DNA of 61,873 bases, the filler included, from Candidatus Limnocylindrales bacterium (GTDB taxonomy: Bacteria > Moduliflexota > Moduliflexia > Moduliflexales > JAUQPW01): assembly GCA_035559535.1 (NCBI GenBank). It is 4 parts of 3 records of this genome, joined end to end, with 100 filler letters (N's around TTAATTAATTAA, not from the genome) between each part and the next. Parts side by side here need not be neighbours in the genome. Positions count along the whole stretch, not along the records: positions 1 to 23,676 come from DATMBG010000015.1; 3 more parts are not named here. One strand, written 5' to 3'. The notes under the pieces are model-generated. The model was not told where the DNA came from. It did not search any database and saw only the letters and a list, made by a program, of their open reading frames with translations. The translations under genes and the position numbers were made by a program. Of this stretch, positions 1 through 9,924 are shown in pieces; position 1 is the first letter of the stretch; every line of letters starts with the position of its first letter.

Positions 1-141
1 TACTTTCAGGCTCGTTTGGCTTTTACCATGGCTATGTTCAACGTGCTGGTTCAATGGAATGGCTTGCAAGTTAATGAGGATGGCTTCATACCCCTTTCTA
101 TAGCCAGATTCAGCCTTTAAAATAACTAGCACCATTGGTTA
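1..141 (+). mobile_element. 3' end of a probable IS: C-terminus of a DDE-type transposase (1-120) plus a putative right end
   Basis: Frame 1 reads YFQARLAFTMAMFNVLVQWNGLQVNEDGFIPLSIARFSL*, which I recall as a transposase C-terminus. It is followed by TAACTAGCACCATTGGTTA as a candidate terminal repeat. Family not assigned. Confidence 0.55.
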
Positions 142-206
142 TTACTCTAAAAACTCCTGGAATCGTGCATCGAGGATAGAGGATAGCCCTTCTATTCTCC
201 GGAGCG

Positions 207-1973
207 ATGTCTTTGGGGGGGAATGATAAGGAGATAGGGATGCGGAAGGTTTTTGGGGTGACATTGAAACTAGGGGTCATACTCTTGGTAGTTACTGGAT
301 TTCCCTGTGAAAGGGTTGCAGGTCAACAGGTAGGGATGAAAGGATCGAGGTTCCCGGTGATCTCTCAACCTTCTGCTTCCCTCTCAGGATCTCCGACTGT
401 TTTAATCGGTTTGGGAGACAGCCTGACCCAGGGAACCATGGATGCAACCAATAATTTTATCAATACCTGGAATGCCTATCTTCAAAAAGTTGCCGATTCT
501 TTGGCCCAGGTCATTCCGTTGAATTTTATACAACCCATTTTCGATGAAAGTGAAAATCGCTGGGTACCCAGTCTTGTGCCGACCAATTTAGGGGTAGACG
601 GGGCCGATATTTTTTCCCTCGAGGGGATTCAGTACTATAAACGGGCCGGCACCGGAAAATCCTTTGTTAGTCGGGATTATCTTTGTGATAAATGGTTACC
701 CGGCAACCTGGAAGATAAGTATGATAAGGTATTATATCCCATCAACGTGTTGGCCGGTAAAGCGGTATCTCAAATCGATTCGGCTACCTGGCTTCTTAAC
801 CAAAACCGGTTTACATTCTTAACGAATCGGGCCAAAGGGCTCCTCATTTTTTGGATAGGAAATAACGACTCCAGTACGGCTGCCCTAGGTTCTGGGGGTA
901 AGAATCCAATATTTCTGCCGATTCCTTTGGATCAAATCGAACCTGAAATCACTCCTGAGCTGAGTTTTCTTCTCCGCCTGGGCCAACAGGAAGGGGATTT
1001 ATCCTTTGCTCCCTACACCCAGAGTGCCATCGAACGGAATTTGACCGAGCTTTCAGATTTTGCAAATCAATATAATCACTTGTTGGATCGTTTGAAAATC
1101 GATAAGATCCCGATAACTACCCCGGTAGAGGTCTTTCTTTTGACTCTCCCTTACTACAGTGCGGTAGGTTATTTGATGGACTCTGAAGATCTGGAGTACT
1201 ATTTACAGAAACTCAATTCGGCCTATAGGGTCCCCCCTACGTTCAAGCGGGTAACAATACCGGGAGAGCCTATTACAGACCCCTTTCAGGGAGACCGGAT
1301 TTCCCTGCTAACTTTTGGGTTTATGTATCTATTATTGCAAAGTGGCTATCCGATAGATTATGTTAACCAGATCCTGGAGATAAATGGGCAACAACGGGAT
1401 GAGCTTGTTCTTTCGGAAGAAGAGCAACATTACATCATGTCTCGAATTGATGGCTTTAACGATATCATTAAAACAGCTTCCATGACCCAGGGTCCTCATG
1501 TTCATCTTGTGGATATAGGTCAATATTTAAACGATCTACTTTCCGGTAAAACCTCTCTGATTATTGATCATCGGGTTTTTAGCAGAAAATGGGTTCGGGG
1601 TGGAAGTTTTTCCCTGGATGGGGTTCATCCGGGGTATACGGGACAGGCCCTCATTGCCAATTTTGTATTGACCCGCCTGAATGAAGTTTTGGGCTTAAAG
1701 GCGCCACTTTACGATTTGAGTTATGTCATGGGAATAGATCCCTATCTGGATCGAGATGGGGATGGCTGGGCTCCGGGACCAGACTATAAGGCTTCAGGTC
1801 TGACCGAATTATTATTTTTATTTAAAGACCCGGACGATGGAAATCCGGCGGTACAACCCCAGTTACCCCCCGAAGTTTGGAACCAGATCTCTGATGTACT
1901 GATGAAGGATATTTTAGATCTCCCATCCATAAAAGCAAAGGCAATCCCTTTAGGAAGGGTTCCGGTTAAATAG
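207..1973 (+). CDS. SGNH/GDSL-family hydrolase, probably exported
   Basis: GLGDSLT (block I), WIGNND (block III) and SLDGVHP (block V) motifs; hydrophobic N-terminus. Alternative start at 240. Confidence 0.8.
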   Translation: MSLGGNDKEIGMRKVFGVTLKLGVILLVVTGFPCERVAGQQVGMKGSRFPVISQPSASLSGSPTVLIGLGDSLTQGTMDATNNFINTWNAYLQKVADSLAQVIPLNFIQPIFDESENRWVPSLVPTNLGVDGADIFSLEGIQYYKRAGTGKSFVSRDYLCDKWLPGNLEDKYDKVLYPINVLAGKAVSQIDSATWLLNQNRFTFLTNRAKGLLIFWIGNNDSSTAALGSGGKNPIFLPIPLDQIEPEITPELSFLLRLGQQEGDLSFAPYTQSAIERNLTELSDFANQYNHLLDRLKIDKIPITTPVEVFLLTLPYYSAVGYLMDSEDLEYYLQKLNSAYRVPPTFKRVTIPGEPITDPFQGDRISLLTFGFMYLLLQSGYPIDYVNQILEINGQQRDELVLSEEEQHYIMSRIDGFNDIIKTASMTQGPHVHLVDIGQYLNDLLSGKTSLIIDHRVFSRKWVRGGSFSLDGVHPGYTGQALIANFVLTRLNEVLGLKAPLYDLSYVMGIDPYLDRDGDGWAPGPDYKASGLTELLFLFKDPDDGNPAVQPQLPPEVWNQISDVLMKDILDLPSIKAKAIPLGRVPVK

Positions 1974-2136
1974 TTTGAAATTTTCTATAAAAGAGATAAA
2001 TTCCCTGCAAGGGAAGATTTTATAAAGAACCCAGCTTTTTATTCATGGGTCGACCTGGAGCGGAGTATTTATTTTTATGATTCTTCCTGGTAGGAAATGC
2101 TTCGTTCTCGGCTATTTGATTAAAGCGAGGTGTTAG

Positions 2137-2850
2137 ATGATACCCCTTCAAGATGAGAATCCAACCCGGTCTTTTCCTGTTGTAACTGTAGCGCTTATTG
2201 TACTGAATTGTCTGGTCTTTTTTTATCAATTGTCTCTAGGAAAATTGGGAGAGGCTCTGATTTACAGGTACGGAGCCATTCCCTGTATCATTACTCATAC
2301 CTGTAAGGTGAGCTATGAGGTTGGATTCGATTCAGGAATTCCTTTTTCGGCTCAAACGACCCTTTTAAGCTCCATGTTTTTACACGGCGGTTTTTTCCAT
2401 CTGATCGGAAATATGCTTTACTTATGGATTTTTGGAAATAATGTAGAAGATTCCATGGGACATTTACGCTTTACGGTTTTTTATTTAGTATGTGGGGTGG
2501 TAGCCGCACTTTCTCATATTTTGACTTCTCCCGGTTCGCGAATTCCCATGATTGGAGCCAGTGGGGCCATATCCGGGGTTTTAGGAGCTTATCTGTTCCT
2601 TTATCCCCATGCTCAAATTCTCACCCTCCTTATATTTGGGTTTTTTATTCGAACGGTTCGGATTCCAGCCCTTTTCGTATTGGGGTTTTGGATTATCATT
2701 CAATTTATAAACGGTACGGTCAGTCTTGGGAGTATGGAGCGTGGGGGCACGGCCTGGTTTGCCCATATAGGGGGTTTTATTGCCGGGTTGTTTTTGATCC
2801 ACTTTTTTAAAAAATCGGAGCCTTATGGGGATAGGTGGGAGTGGCGTTGA
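2137..2850 (+). CDS. Rhomboid-family intramembrane serine protease
   Basis: MFLHGG..HL.GNMLYLWIFG, GASGAISG and AHIGGF motifs. Confidence 0.95.
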   Translation: MIPLQDENPTRSFPVVTVALIVLNCLVFFYQLSLGKLGEALIYRYGAIPCIITHTCKVSYEVGFDSGIPFSAQTTLLSSMFLHGGFFHLIGNMLYLWIFGNNVEDSMGHLRFTVFYLVCGVVAALSHILTSPGSRIPMIGASGAISGVLGAYLFLYPHAQILTLLIFGFFIRTVRIPALFVLGFWIIIQFINGTVSLGSMERGGTAWFAHIGGFIAGLFLIHFFKKSEPYGDRWEWR

Positions 2851-2996
2851 GAAGGGGACAGGGGAATGGGAGAGTAGGAAAGCAAGATAGGGGATCGAGG
2901 ATGGAGGATCGAGCCGTTTTAACCCCCTGTTATCTTGCCCTTGGATCTTCAGATTTTTTTCACCCGCTCACCCATCCACCCTTTCAGGCTTTCAGT

Positions 2997-3416
2997 TTAA
3001 GTTTCCTCGTCTATCATCTGGCGTACAGCATGTTGGAAATTCCTGGAGGAAGATTCAGATAGATCTGAGGAATTCATTTCACATCCTCCGCTAAAGATAG
3101 CTCCTTCGTGGATAATTAACTTGTTAGAGCCTGTTTTAATATTTCCGTGGACCTGGGCTGTCGAGTTAATTTCAACGAGTCCTGTTGAGGTAATATTTCC
3201 GCTGACCTTTCCACTGATGATAATTTTTCCAACGACGATTTCGCCATCCACCACGGCATTTTCACCGATGATGAGAGAATCTTTAGAGGTAATATTTCCT
3301 TCGAATCGGCCATCGATTCGAACGGTTCCCTCAAAGCTCAAATCTCCTTTAAAATTGGTTCCTTCGGCTAAAAAAGCTGTCAGTTCTTTTTCGTCAACGT
3401 TTGTAGATTTTACCAT
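2997..3416 (-). CDS. Bactofilin (polymer-forming cytoskeletal protein)
   Basis: GDLSFEGTVRIDGRFEGNI...V.G.I beta-helix repeats; lies downstream of parB. Confidence 0.92.
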   Translation of the reverse strand: MVKSTNVDEKELTAFLAEGTNFKGDLSFEGTVRIDGRFEGNITSKDSLIIGENAVVDGEIVVGKIIISGKVSGNITSTGLVEINSTAQVHGNIKTGSNKLIIHEGAIFSGGCEMNSSDLSESSSRNFQHAVRQMIDEET

Positions 3417-3435
3417 AGGCTAAAACCTCCTTTTA

Positions 3436-4272
3436 TCAGCCATTACAGAGTTTAGAGTAAATTCGGTCTAAATCTTCTTCCGAGTAATACTCGATAATAA
3501 TCTCCCCTTTTCCTTTTTTGGGCAAGATAGAGACTTTTGTTTGAAGGTGTTGTCTCAGTTTCTCTTCAATATTGCGAATATAGACGGACTTGGGTGTACG
3601 TACGGGAGGAGTGTCTGTTTTTGTTTCTCGAACCAGGGCTTCTGTCTGACGGACCGACAGGCCTTTGGTGAGTATTTTTTTATAGAGTTCCAGTTGCTCC
3701 TCCTGGCTTTTCAAACCCAGGATAGCCCGGGCATGTCCCATACTAATTTTCTCATCGACCAGGCCCTGCTGAATTTCTCCGGGCAGTCTGAGCAGGCGAA
3801 GGTAATTCGTCACCGAAGATCTATCTTTTCCGACCTTTTGCGCGATATCTTCCTGGGTTAAATTAAAATCTTCTATGAGCCTTCGAAAAGCTTCGGCTTC
3901 CTCTATAGGGTTAAGATCGTCCCGTTGGAGATTCTCGACCAGAGCCAAAGCGAGCATTTCCTCGGCAGAGGCTTCTTTAAGCACGGCGGGGATAGTGGTC
4001 AGACCGGCCTTCTTGGCTGCACGCAGACGTCTCTCACCGAGTATGAGCTCGTAACCGGAATCTTTTTTACAAACAACAATCGGCTGGAGAACCCCCTGTT
4101 CTCGAATGGATGCTGCCAGCTCTTCCAGCCTGGCATCATCGAAGGTTTTTCTAGGTTGGTATCGGTTAGGAACAATCTGATCGATTTCGATTTCAACCAG
4201 TTTATGTTCCTCCTCCGTCCCAATACTAGGTATCAGAGCTTCCAGACCTCTTCCCAATGCCCTTCTTCTCAT
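3436..4272 (-). CDS. parB: Chromosome partitioning protein ParB/Spo0J
   Basis: LGRGL.ALI N-terminus, YQPRK, GERRLRA, ENLQRDDL, HTH. Confidence 0.97.
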   Translation of the reverse strand: MRRRALGRGLEALIPSIGTEEEHKLVEIEIDQIVPNRYQPRKTFDDARLEELAASIREQGVLQPIVVCKKDSGYELILGERRLRAAKKAGLTTIPAVLKEASAEEMLALALVENLQRDDLNPIEEAEAFRRLIEDFNLTQEDIAQKVGKDRSSVTNYLRLLRLPGEIQQGLVDEKISMGHARAILGLKSQEEQLELYKKILTKGLSVRQTEALVRETKTDTPPVRTPKSVYIRNIEEKLRQHLQTKVSILPKKGKGEIIIEYYSEEDLDRIYSKLCNG

Positions 4273-5026
4273 GTTTCAAAATTTCGACGGTGAGTTGTAC
4301 GTAGGCTTTAGCACCTACGGACTTAGGATCGTAGTGTAGAACGGATTTCCCGTGGCTGGGGGCTTCACTCAGACGAACGTTTCTGGGGATAACCGTCTGA
4401 TAAACTTTATCTTTGAAATGGGCTCGGATTTCTTCGATGACCTGCATAGAAAGATTGGTTCGACTATCATGCATGGTAAGTAAAATGCCTTCGATTTCCA
4501 GGTTTGGATTTAAGGCTTTTTTAATAAGATGAATGGTATTGATCAGTTGAGAGACTCCCTCCAAAGCGAAATATTCACACTGAATCGGAATGAGAACGGA
4601 GTCAGAAGCGGTCAGAGCATTAACGGTTAGAAGTCCGAGGGAGGGGGGGCAGTCGATGATAAGGTAATCATATCGTTCCCGGATTTTCTCCAGGGCCTGT
4701 TTAAGTTTCATCTCCCTGGCAATGGTGCTAACCAACTCAATCTCCGCCCCGGCCAGTTGAATATGGGATGGAAGAAGATCTAAATCTTTAATATAGGTGG
4801 GTACTATCACGGATTCCACGCTTTGTTGGTTAATCAAAACATGGTAAATGCTCGCCGTAACTTTGCTTCGATCAAAACCGATGCCGCTACAGGCATTAGC
4901 CTGGGGATCCATATCGATCAACAGGGTTTTTCGCTTAGCAACGGCCAGACAGGCCGCCAGATTGATCGCAGTGGTCGTTTTACCAACCCCACCTTTTTGA
5001 TTTGCAACTGTAATAACCCGAGACAT
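4226..5026 (-). CDS. parA: Chromosome partitioning ATPase ParA/Soj
   Basis: NQKGGVGKTT deviant Walker A, DPQAN, IDCPPSLG, LSEAPSHG. Confidence 0.97.
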   Translation of the reverse strand: MSRVITVANQKGGVGKTTTAINLAACLAVAKRKTLLIDMDPQANACSGIGFDRSKVTASIYHVLINQQSVESVIVPTYIKDLDLLPSHIQLAGAEIELVSTIAREMKLKQALEKIRERYDYLIIDCPPSLGLLTVNALTASDSVLIPIQCEYFALEGVSQLINTIHLIKKALNPNLEIEGILLTMHDSRTNLSMQVIEEIRAHFKDKVYQTVIPRNVRLSEAPSHGKSVLHYDPKSVGAKAYVQLTVEILKHEKKGIGKRSGSSDT

Positions 5027-5028
5027 AA

Positions 5029-5044
5029 TGTTTCACGTGAAACA
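5029..5044. promoter_or_regulatory. parS centromere site, perfect consensus
   Basis: TGTTTCACGTGAAACA, 2 nt upstream of the parA start codon. Confidence 0.95.
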
Positions 5045-5135
5045 TCTCCCCGGCTTGGGGTCTAACCCTCTACCGGATTCCCTCCCAACTCCTCCACGAA
5101 ACCTCTTCTGGGGAGAAGGATTTCGGTTCATCCAT

Positions 5136-5810
5136 TCAGGTCAAGTTTCTTTCCCTCTTCTGGAGTAAAACCAAAAACCTGGGATGTTTTAAAAAAGAAA
5201 GTTTTACCGGCATGAGTTTCACCAACTCAAACCCTTTCCTTTGAATTTGAGGTAGTGCCTTCAAGGTCTCCTGTTCTCCTTCTCTACCCCTTTGAAGAAG
5301 CAATTTAAAGGGGGCTATGAACACCGAACCGCAGAGATAAACAAGATCTATCAAAGATCCCATGGCCCTCGAGACCACTATATCCATCCGGGTCTCTTCT
5401 TCTCCCCTTAAATCCTCTACCCGCTTTGCCAGACATCTCACATCTAAAAATCCCAGCTTTCGACACACATTCTTCAAGAAAACAATTTTTTTGTGAGAAG
5501 CATCCACTAAAGTCAACCGTAGATGGGGATTATAAAGTTTAAGGGGTATCCCCGGAAAGCCCGCTCCCGTTCCTACATCCATTACCCTCACGGATCCTTC
5601 CAGTTCTCCCGATAGTACACAACTGAGAGAATCTACAAAAAGATGTTGAATTATCATGACCTCATCCTGAAGTCCTGTCAAGTTTATTTTTACATTCCAT
5701 TTCTTAAGTTCTTGAAGGTAAATCAAAGCCTTCTCTACCTGAAGGTCTGAAAGGGTTATTCCCACCTCAGAGGCTCCTTGTCGCAGGTAAGTTTTGAGAA
5801 CTTCATCCAT
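5136..5810 (-). CDS. rsmG: 16S rRNA m7G527 methyltransferase RsmG (GidB)
   Basis: WN.KINLT, DVGTGAGFPGIPL and SRA motifs; typical position upstream of parA. Confidence 0.95.
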   Translation of the reverse strand: MDEVLKTYLRQGASEVGITLSDLQVEKALIYLQELKKWNVKINLTGLQDEVMIIQHLFVDSLSCVLSGELEGSVRVMDVGTGAGFPGIPLKLYNPHLRLTLVDASHKKIVFLKNVCRKLGFLDVRCLAKRVEDLRGEEETRMDIVVSRAMGSLIDLVYLCGSVFIAPFKLLLQRGREGEQETLKALPQIQRKGFELVKLMPVKLSFLKHPRFLVLLQKRERNLT

Positions 5811-6102
5811 TTTAAATTGCTACCCCTTGAATCCGTAGAAGTCCAGAATCCAGATAGGGTGAAGAAATCACCCTGGAAGGATCCCCGGGTAAAATCCAGG
5901 ACCGATTCCCCGGTTGTTCTGGATTCCGGGTTTGGACGCCTGAGTTATTATTATTTTTTCTTAAAACCTTTTAGAAATCAAGGAAAATTATCTTCCAAGG
6001 GTACAAGATACCCCGGCTGGGTTAACTACAAAGGTTGTTCGGCATCTAACCTGTAGGGTTAGATGCCGAATCGAAAAAGGTAGGAAAGGGATAGATGGGA
6101 AT

Positions 6103-7200
6103 TTAGGCAATCCAATCGGCAGGAATCTGGTTTTCTGGGGAAATCTGTACCTCCACGCCGGCTTCGGGATAGCGGAAGATTTTACCCTCATAATTTCTTA
6201 ACAGGTAATCTCCTGTTTGCTCATCATATCCCACGATGGAATCTGGAAGAATAGGGATTTTGCCACCTCCCCCGGGGGCATCGATAACAAAATAAGGTAC
6301 GGCTAATCCGGAAGTATAACCTCGAAGCGCGCTCATGATCTTCAGTCCGACCTCTACTTTGGTCCTGAAATGGTTGGTTCCCTTAGTAATGTCGGCCTGA
6401 TAAATATAGTAAGGCTTCACCCGCATTTTCAAAAGCCCCTTCATCAGGGCACTCATCACTTCCGGGTCATCATTGACCCCTTTTAAGAGGACCGTTTGAT
6501 TTCCCAAAGGAATCCCGGCATCGGCCAGCATCTCGCAGGCTTTTTTGGCCTGAGGCGTCAGCTCCCGGGGATGGTTGAAGTGTACATTGATAAACAGAGG
6601 ATGGTACTTCTTAAGCATATCACAGAGACTTTGGGTGATCCTTTCAGGGAAGGTACAGGGTACTTTTGTACCGATTCGAATAATGTCCAGATGAGGAATT
6701 TCCCTGAGGGGAGCGATAATTCTTTCTAATTTGTCATCGGTCAGTATCAGGGGATCGCCTCCTGAGAGAATGACATCGCGAATTTCCTCGTGCTCGGCAA
6801 TATATTGGATCGCTTTGTCAAAGGCATGCCGGTCTACAAAACCGGGATGGCCTACGCCTCTTTTCCTGGTGCAGAACCGGCAATACATGGTACACTGGAA
6901 CGTAACGAGGAATAAAACCCGATCCGGATATCGATGGACCAGGTTAGGCACAGGACTATCGACATCTTCGTGGAGAGGATCATCGGGACACCCGGTATCT
7001 TGAATTTCCCGAACATCCGGTACTGCTTGAAGCCAGATGGGGTCCCCTGGCTTCTCAATGAGGTTTAAGTAATATTTAGGAATCCTCATGGGATATTCTT
7101 TAATAATTTCCCGGATCTCATCAGGATTAATGTTAAAATATTTAGCCAAATCTTTCTCCGTCACAACGCTTTCAGATAGAGAACGTTGCCAATCTTCCAT
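6103..7200 (-). CDS. kamA: KamA-family radical SAM/PLP aminomutase (lysine 2,3-aminomutase-like)
   Basis: HRYPDRVL, CTMYCRFC (CxxxCxxC), SGGDPL, HFNHPRE, DAPGGGGKIP (PLP lysine). Confidence 0.92.
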   Translation of the reverse strand: MEDWQRSLSESVVTEKDLAKYFNINPDEIREIIKEYPMRIPKYYLNLIEKPGDPIWLQAVPDVREIQDTGCPDDPLHEDVDSPVPNLVHRYPDRVLFLVTFQCTMYCRFCTRKRGVGHPGFVDRHAFDKAIQYIAEHEEIRDVILSGGDPLILTDDKLERIIAPLREIPHLDIIRIGTKVPCTFPERITQSLCDMLKKYHPLFINVHFNHPRELTPQAKKACEMLADAGIPLGNQTVLLKGVNDDPEVMSALMKGLLKMRVKPYYIYQADITKGTNHFRTKVEVGLKIMSALRGYTSGLAVPYFVIDAPGGGGKIPILPDSIVGYDEQTGDYLLRNYEGKIFRYPEAGVEVQISPENQIPADWIA

Positions 7201-7224
7201 GAAATACTCCCCCTCCTGGTGGGG

Positions 7225-7704
7225 TCAAAACGTTTTTTGATATGTCACACGATCATCACCCACAGAGTAAAAATCCCTGATTCGTGAGACCTCGACATAT
7301 CCGTTTTTAAGATAAAAATTTCGAGTTTTTGTATATTTGGGTTGAGAGGAAGTCTCAATAAGAAGCATCCGAGCCTGCTTCTTACTTATTTCTTCCTCAA
7401 CTCGCTTTAGCAATTGACTCCCCAAACCAAGCCCTTGTTGAGCAGGATCCATGACAATCCAGTAAAGATCATAGGTTCCCCTGGTAAGGGGAACAGGACC
7501 AAAACAAGCATACCCCATGACCTGATCCTCTGCATCGACAACGCATATAATGCAATAATCCTTCTGCTCTGGATGAAGAAGGTAAATATCTATCAACTCC
7601 AGAGCACACATCACCTCCTCCGGCGTAAACATGCCGGTTGCTTCCAGTATGTTTACGAGCCTTTCCCTGTCTTTGGGTAATAACTTTCGGATCGTCACCT
7701 TCAT
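7225..7704 (-). CDS. GNAT-family N-acyltransferase
   Basis: YDLYWI, QGLGLGSQL acyl-CoA motif, FYLKNGY. Confidence 0.92.
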   Translation of the reverse strand: MKVTIRKLLPKDRERLVNILEATGMFTPEEVMCALELIDIYLLHPEQKDYCIICVVDAEDQVMGYACFGPVPLTRGTYDLYWIVMDPAQQGLGLGSQLLKRVEEEISKKQARMLLIETSSQPKYTKTRNFYLKNGYVEVSRIRDFYSVGDDRVTYQKTF

Positions 7705-8828
7705 GAAGGAAGAATACCACTTCTCTCAGGAGTGGGAATCCTCGAAGAATCACCGGATCGCTCCAACACAAATCCCAGTAACTCCCTGATAAAATCCGTA
7801 TAGGTACGACCGGATTTTAAAATGGATCGTATGAAGCCGGCTTCTGGAGAAATATCCGGATTGGTGTTCACTTCAATTACATAAGGATTAAGGGTTGCAT
7901 CCAATCGAAGATCAATTCTGGCATAATCTCGACATCCCATTGTGTGATAGGCTTTCAAGGCTATCTCTACAATCTGGGTTTCCACTTCCAGGGGGAGTAT
8001 GGCAGGGCAAATGGGTATTGTATTTTGGAATTCGAAACTTTCTTTTACCCATTTTGCTTCATAGCTACAGATCCTATGGAGGTGGGGAGGAAATCTGGAA
8101 AAATCTACCTCCGATAAGGGGAGCACCCTGGCCGGTGCATTTCCAAAAACGGCGGCATTGATTTCACGCCCCTGGATATATTCTTCGATGATGGCAGGTT
8201 GCCGGTATCGATCTAAAATATAACGAACCCGTTGCCGAAGAGCCTCCAAAGAGTTGACCACCGCCCCATTATCGATCCCTAAACTGGCATCTTCATACAG
8301 GGGTTTTACGATAAGGGGAAACGGCAGTTCTTCCTCCCTGAAAACCTGTGTTTCCTCCCGGGAAGAGGAATTACTTAAACTAAGATCAACTTCAAACTCT
8401 GGGGTAGAAAGGACCTGATATTTTGGAACCGGGATTTTATAGGAGGATAAGATCCCTTTGGTAAGGGCCTTATCCTGGGATAATCCAATGGCTAAAGGTC
8501 CGGAACCTGTGTAAGGAATACGGAGGAGTTCCAGTACACCTGCGATATTCATCTGAGGAAGACTTTCTCCACGAAAGCTCTCACAAAGATTAAAGATCAC
8601 GTCAGGATTAAGATCCTGGATCCGGAGTATCAACTCCCCTACATCCTCTTCTAAGGGAATCCTTATACTGGCATATCCAAGTTCCTTCAGACTTCTTTCA
8701 ACGGCTTCAACTTCTTCCAAGACTCCTTCTTCCGAAATAAAATCCCGGGGTTCTCCCTGGGATGTTCCACGTGGAACGTTAAACAGAATACCTATTTGCA
8801 TGTGCATAAGGGGATTTTCAGAGTACAC
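7701..8828 (-). CDS. D-Ala-D-Ala-ligase-like ATP-grasp protein
   Basis: FNLCE, PYTGS, VKP..ED.SLGI, EEYIQGRE, ARIDLR, EVNTNP. Exact start uncertain. Confidence 0.9.
   Translation of the reverse strand: MYSENPLMHMQIGILFNVPRGTSQGEPRDFISEEGVLEEVEAVERSLKELGYASIRIPLEEDVGELILRIQDLNPDVIFNLCESFRGESLPQMNIAGVLELLRIPYTGSGPLAIGLSQDKALTKGILSSYKIPVPKYQVLSTPEFEVDLSLSNSSSREETQVFREEELPFPLIVKPLYEDASLGIDNGAVVNSLEALRQRVRYILDRYRQPAIIEEYIQGREINAAVFGNAPARVLPLSEVDFSRFPPHLHRICSYEAKWVKESFEFQNTIPICPAILPLEVETQIVEIALKAYHTMGCRDYARIDLRLDATLNPYVIEVNTNPDISPEAGFIRSILKSGRTYTDFIRELLGFVLERSGDSSRIPTPERSGILPS
8763..8778. promoter_or_regulatory. Second parS site, inside the ATP-grasp gene
   Basis: TGTTCCACGTGGAACG is a near-perfect palindrome matching parS; encodes NVPRGT. 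Confidence 0.7.
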
Positions 8829-8872
8829 AGATGGAATTTACAGTATTAAACTGAAAATCTCCGGGCATCCAC

Positions 8873-9856
8873 CTATTTGACCCATCCATACCTCCTTAAA
8901 GCCTGGTTCAGGATATTTCCGATCAAATCCTTATAGCTCATCCCTACCATGGCTGCGATGAGACAAAGATCACTATGATTAGGACTCATCCCTGGAATGG
9001 TATTCATTTCCAGGAAAAACGGTTCACCCCTCTCATTACAACGAATATCCACACGACCCACATCCCGACACTCCAAAACCCTGTAAGCACCCAAAGCCAC
9101 TTCCTCGATGTGGCCTCTCTTTTCGGGGGAAACCTCGGTATATTCCACCAACTGCCTCCATTCTTCCTTGGCACGAAAACTGTAAACCTTTTTTTCAGAC
9201 GGTCCCTTGACCACCACCTGCATCATCCCAAGTACTCGGGCTTCCTCCCCATTTCCCAGAATAGCCACTGTAAACTCATCCCCTGGAAGATATTCTTCTA
9301 ACAGGACCGGTTGTTTATAGGCCTTGAGCAAAAACTCGACCCTGGATTTCAACTGATCCGGATTATAAATGATTGAGTCCGCTGCAACTCCTTTCGCAGA
9401 CCCTTCATGGACCGGCTTGGCGAAGAGGGGATAACTTAAAGCCACAGAATCCAGGGCCTTAAGGGTGGTTATCTTAATCCCCTTGGGGGTCGGAATTCCA
9501 TTATAGGCCACAATTTGTTTAGCTAGATACTTATCGTGGCATAGGGCCAGGGTTAAAGGATCTGAAAAGACATAGGGAATATTCAGCATCTCCAGAATAG
9601 CCGGAATCTGAGCCTCCCGACTTCTTCCATGAAGACCCTCCGCAAGGTTAAAAACAATATCTACGGATTCCTGCCTTAAAACCTCGAAAATTCTCTCCCC
9701 TTCCCCTATTCGTATCACCTGGTGTCCTAATTCCTCAAGAGCGTGAGATAGCTGCTCAATGGTACTTTCCGAATCAAACTCGGCATCTGCATCCAGGGGA
9801 TCATCGACCCGCCATCTATAATTTTTCCGTAAATTGTAAGTCAGCCCTATTTTCAT
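8873..9856 (-). CDS. D-Ala-D-Ala-ligase-like ATP-grasp protein (second paralog)
   Basis: AEFDS..TI, FNLAEG..GRSREAQIP, KPVHEGS.KG, GRVDIR, EMNTIPG. Confidence 0.92.
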   Translation of the reverse strand: MKIGLTYNLRKNYRWRVDDPLDADAEFDSESTIEQLSHALEELGHQVIRIGEGERIFEVLRQESVDIVFNLAEGLHGRSREAQIPAILEMLNIPYVFSDPLTLALCHDKYLAKQIVAYNGIPTPKGIKITTLKALDSVALSYPLFAKPVHEGSAKGVAADSIIYNPDQLKSRVEFLLKAYKQPVLLEEYLPGDEFTVAILGNGEEARVLGMMQVVVKGPSEKKVYSFRAKEEWRQLVEYTEVSPEKRGHIEEVALGAYRVLECRDVGRVDIRCNERGEPFFLEMNTIPGMSPNHSDLCLIAAMVGMSYKDLIGNILNQALRRYGWVK

Positions 9857-9924
9857 ACCTTCTCTTCCTTATAAATACACCAATACATTGTTAACCATTG
9901 TTTTTGAGGTTACCCACGATTTGA

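Noticed and set aside
6103-7200. epmB (EF-P modification) or glutamate 2,3-aminomutase
   Set aside because: No efp or epmA nearby, and the lysine-binding Asp positions appear retained
7701-9856. ddl or van-type resistance ligases
   Set aside because: They lack the typical Ddl N-terminal GG.S.E and LHG..GEDG motifs, and there is no mur or vanHX context
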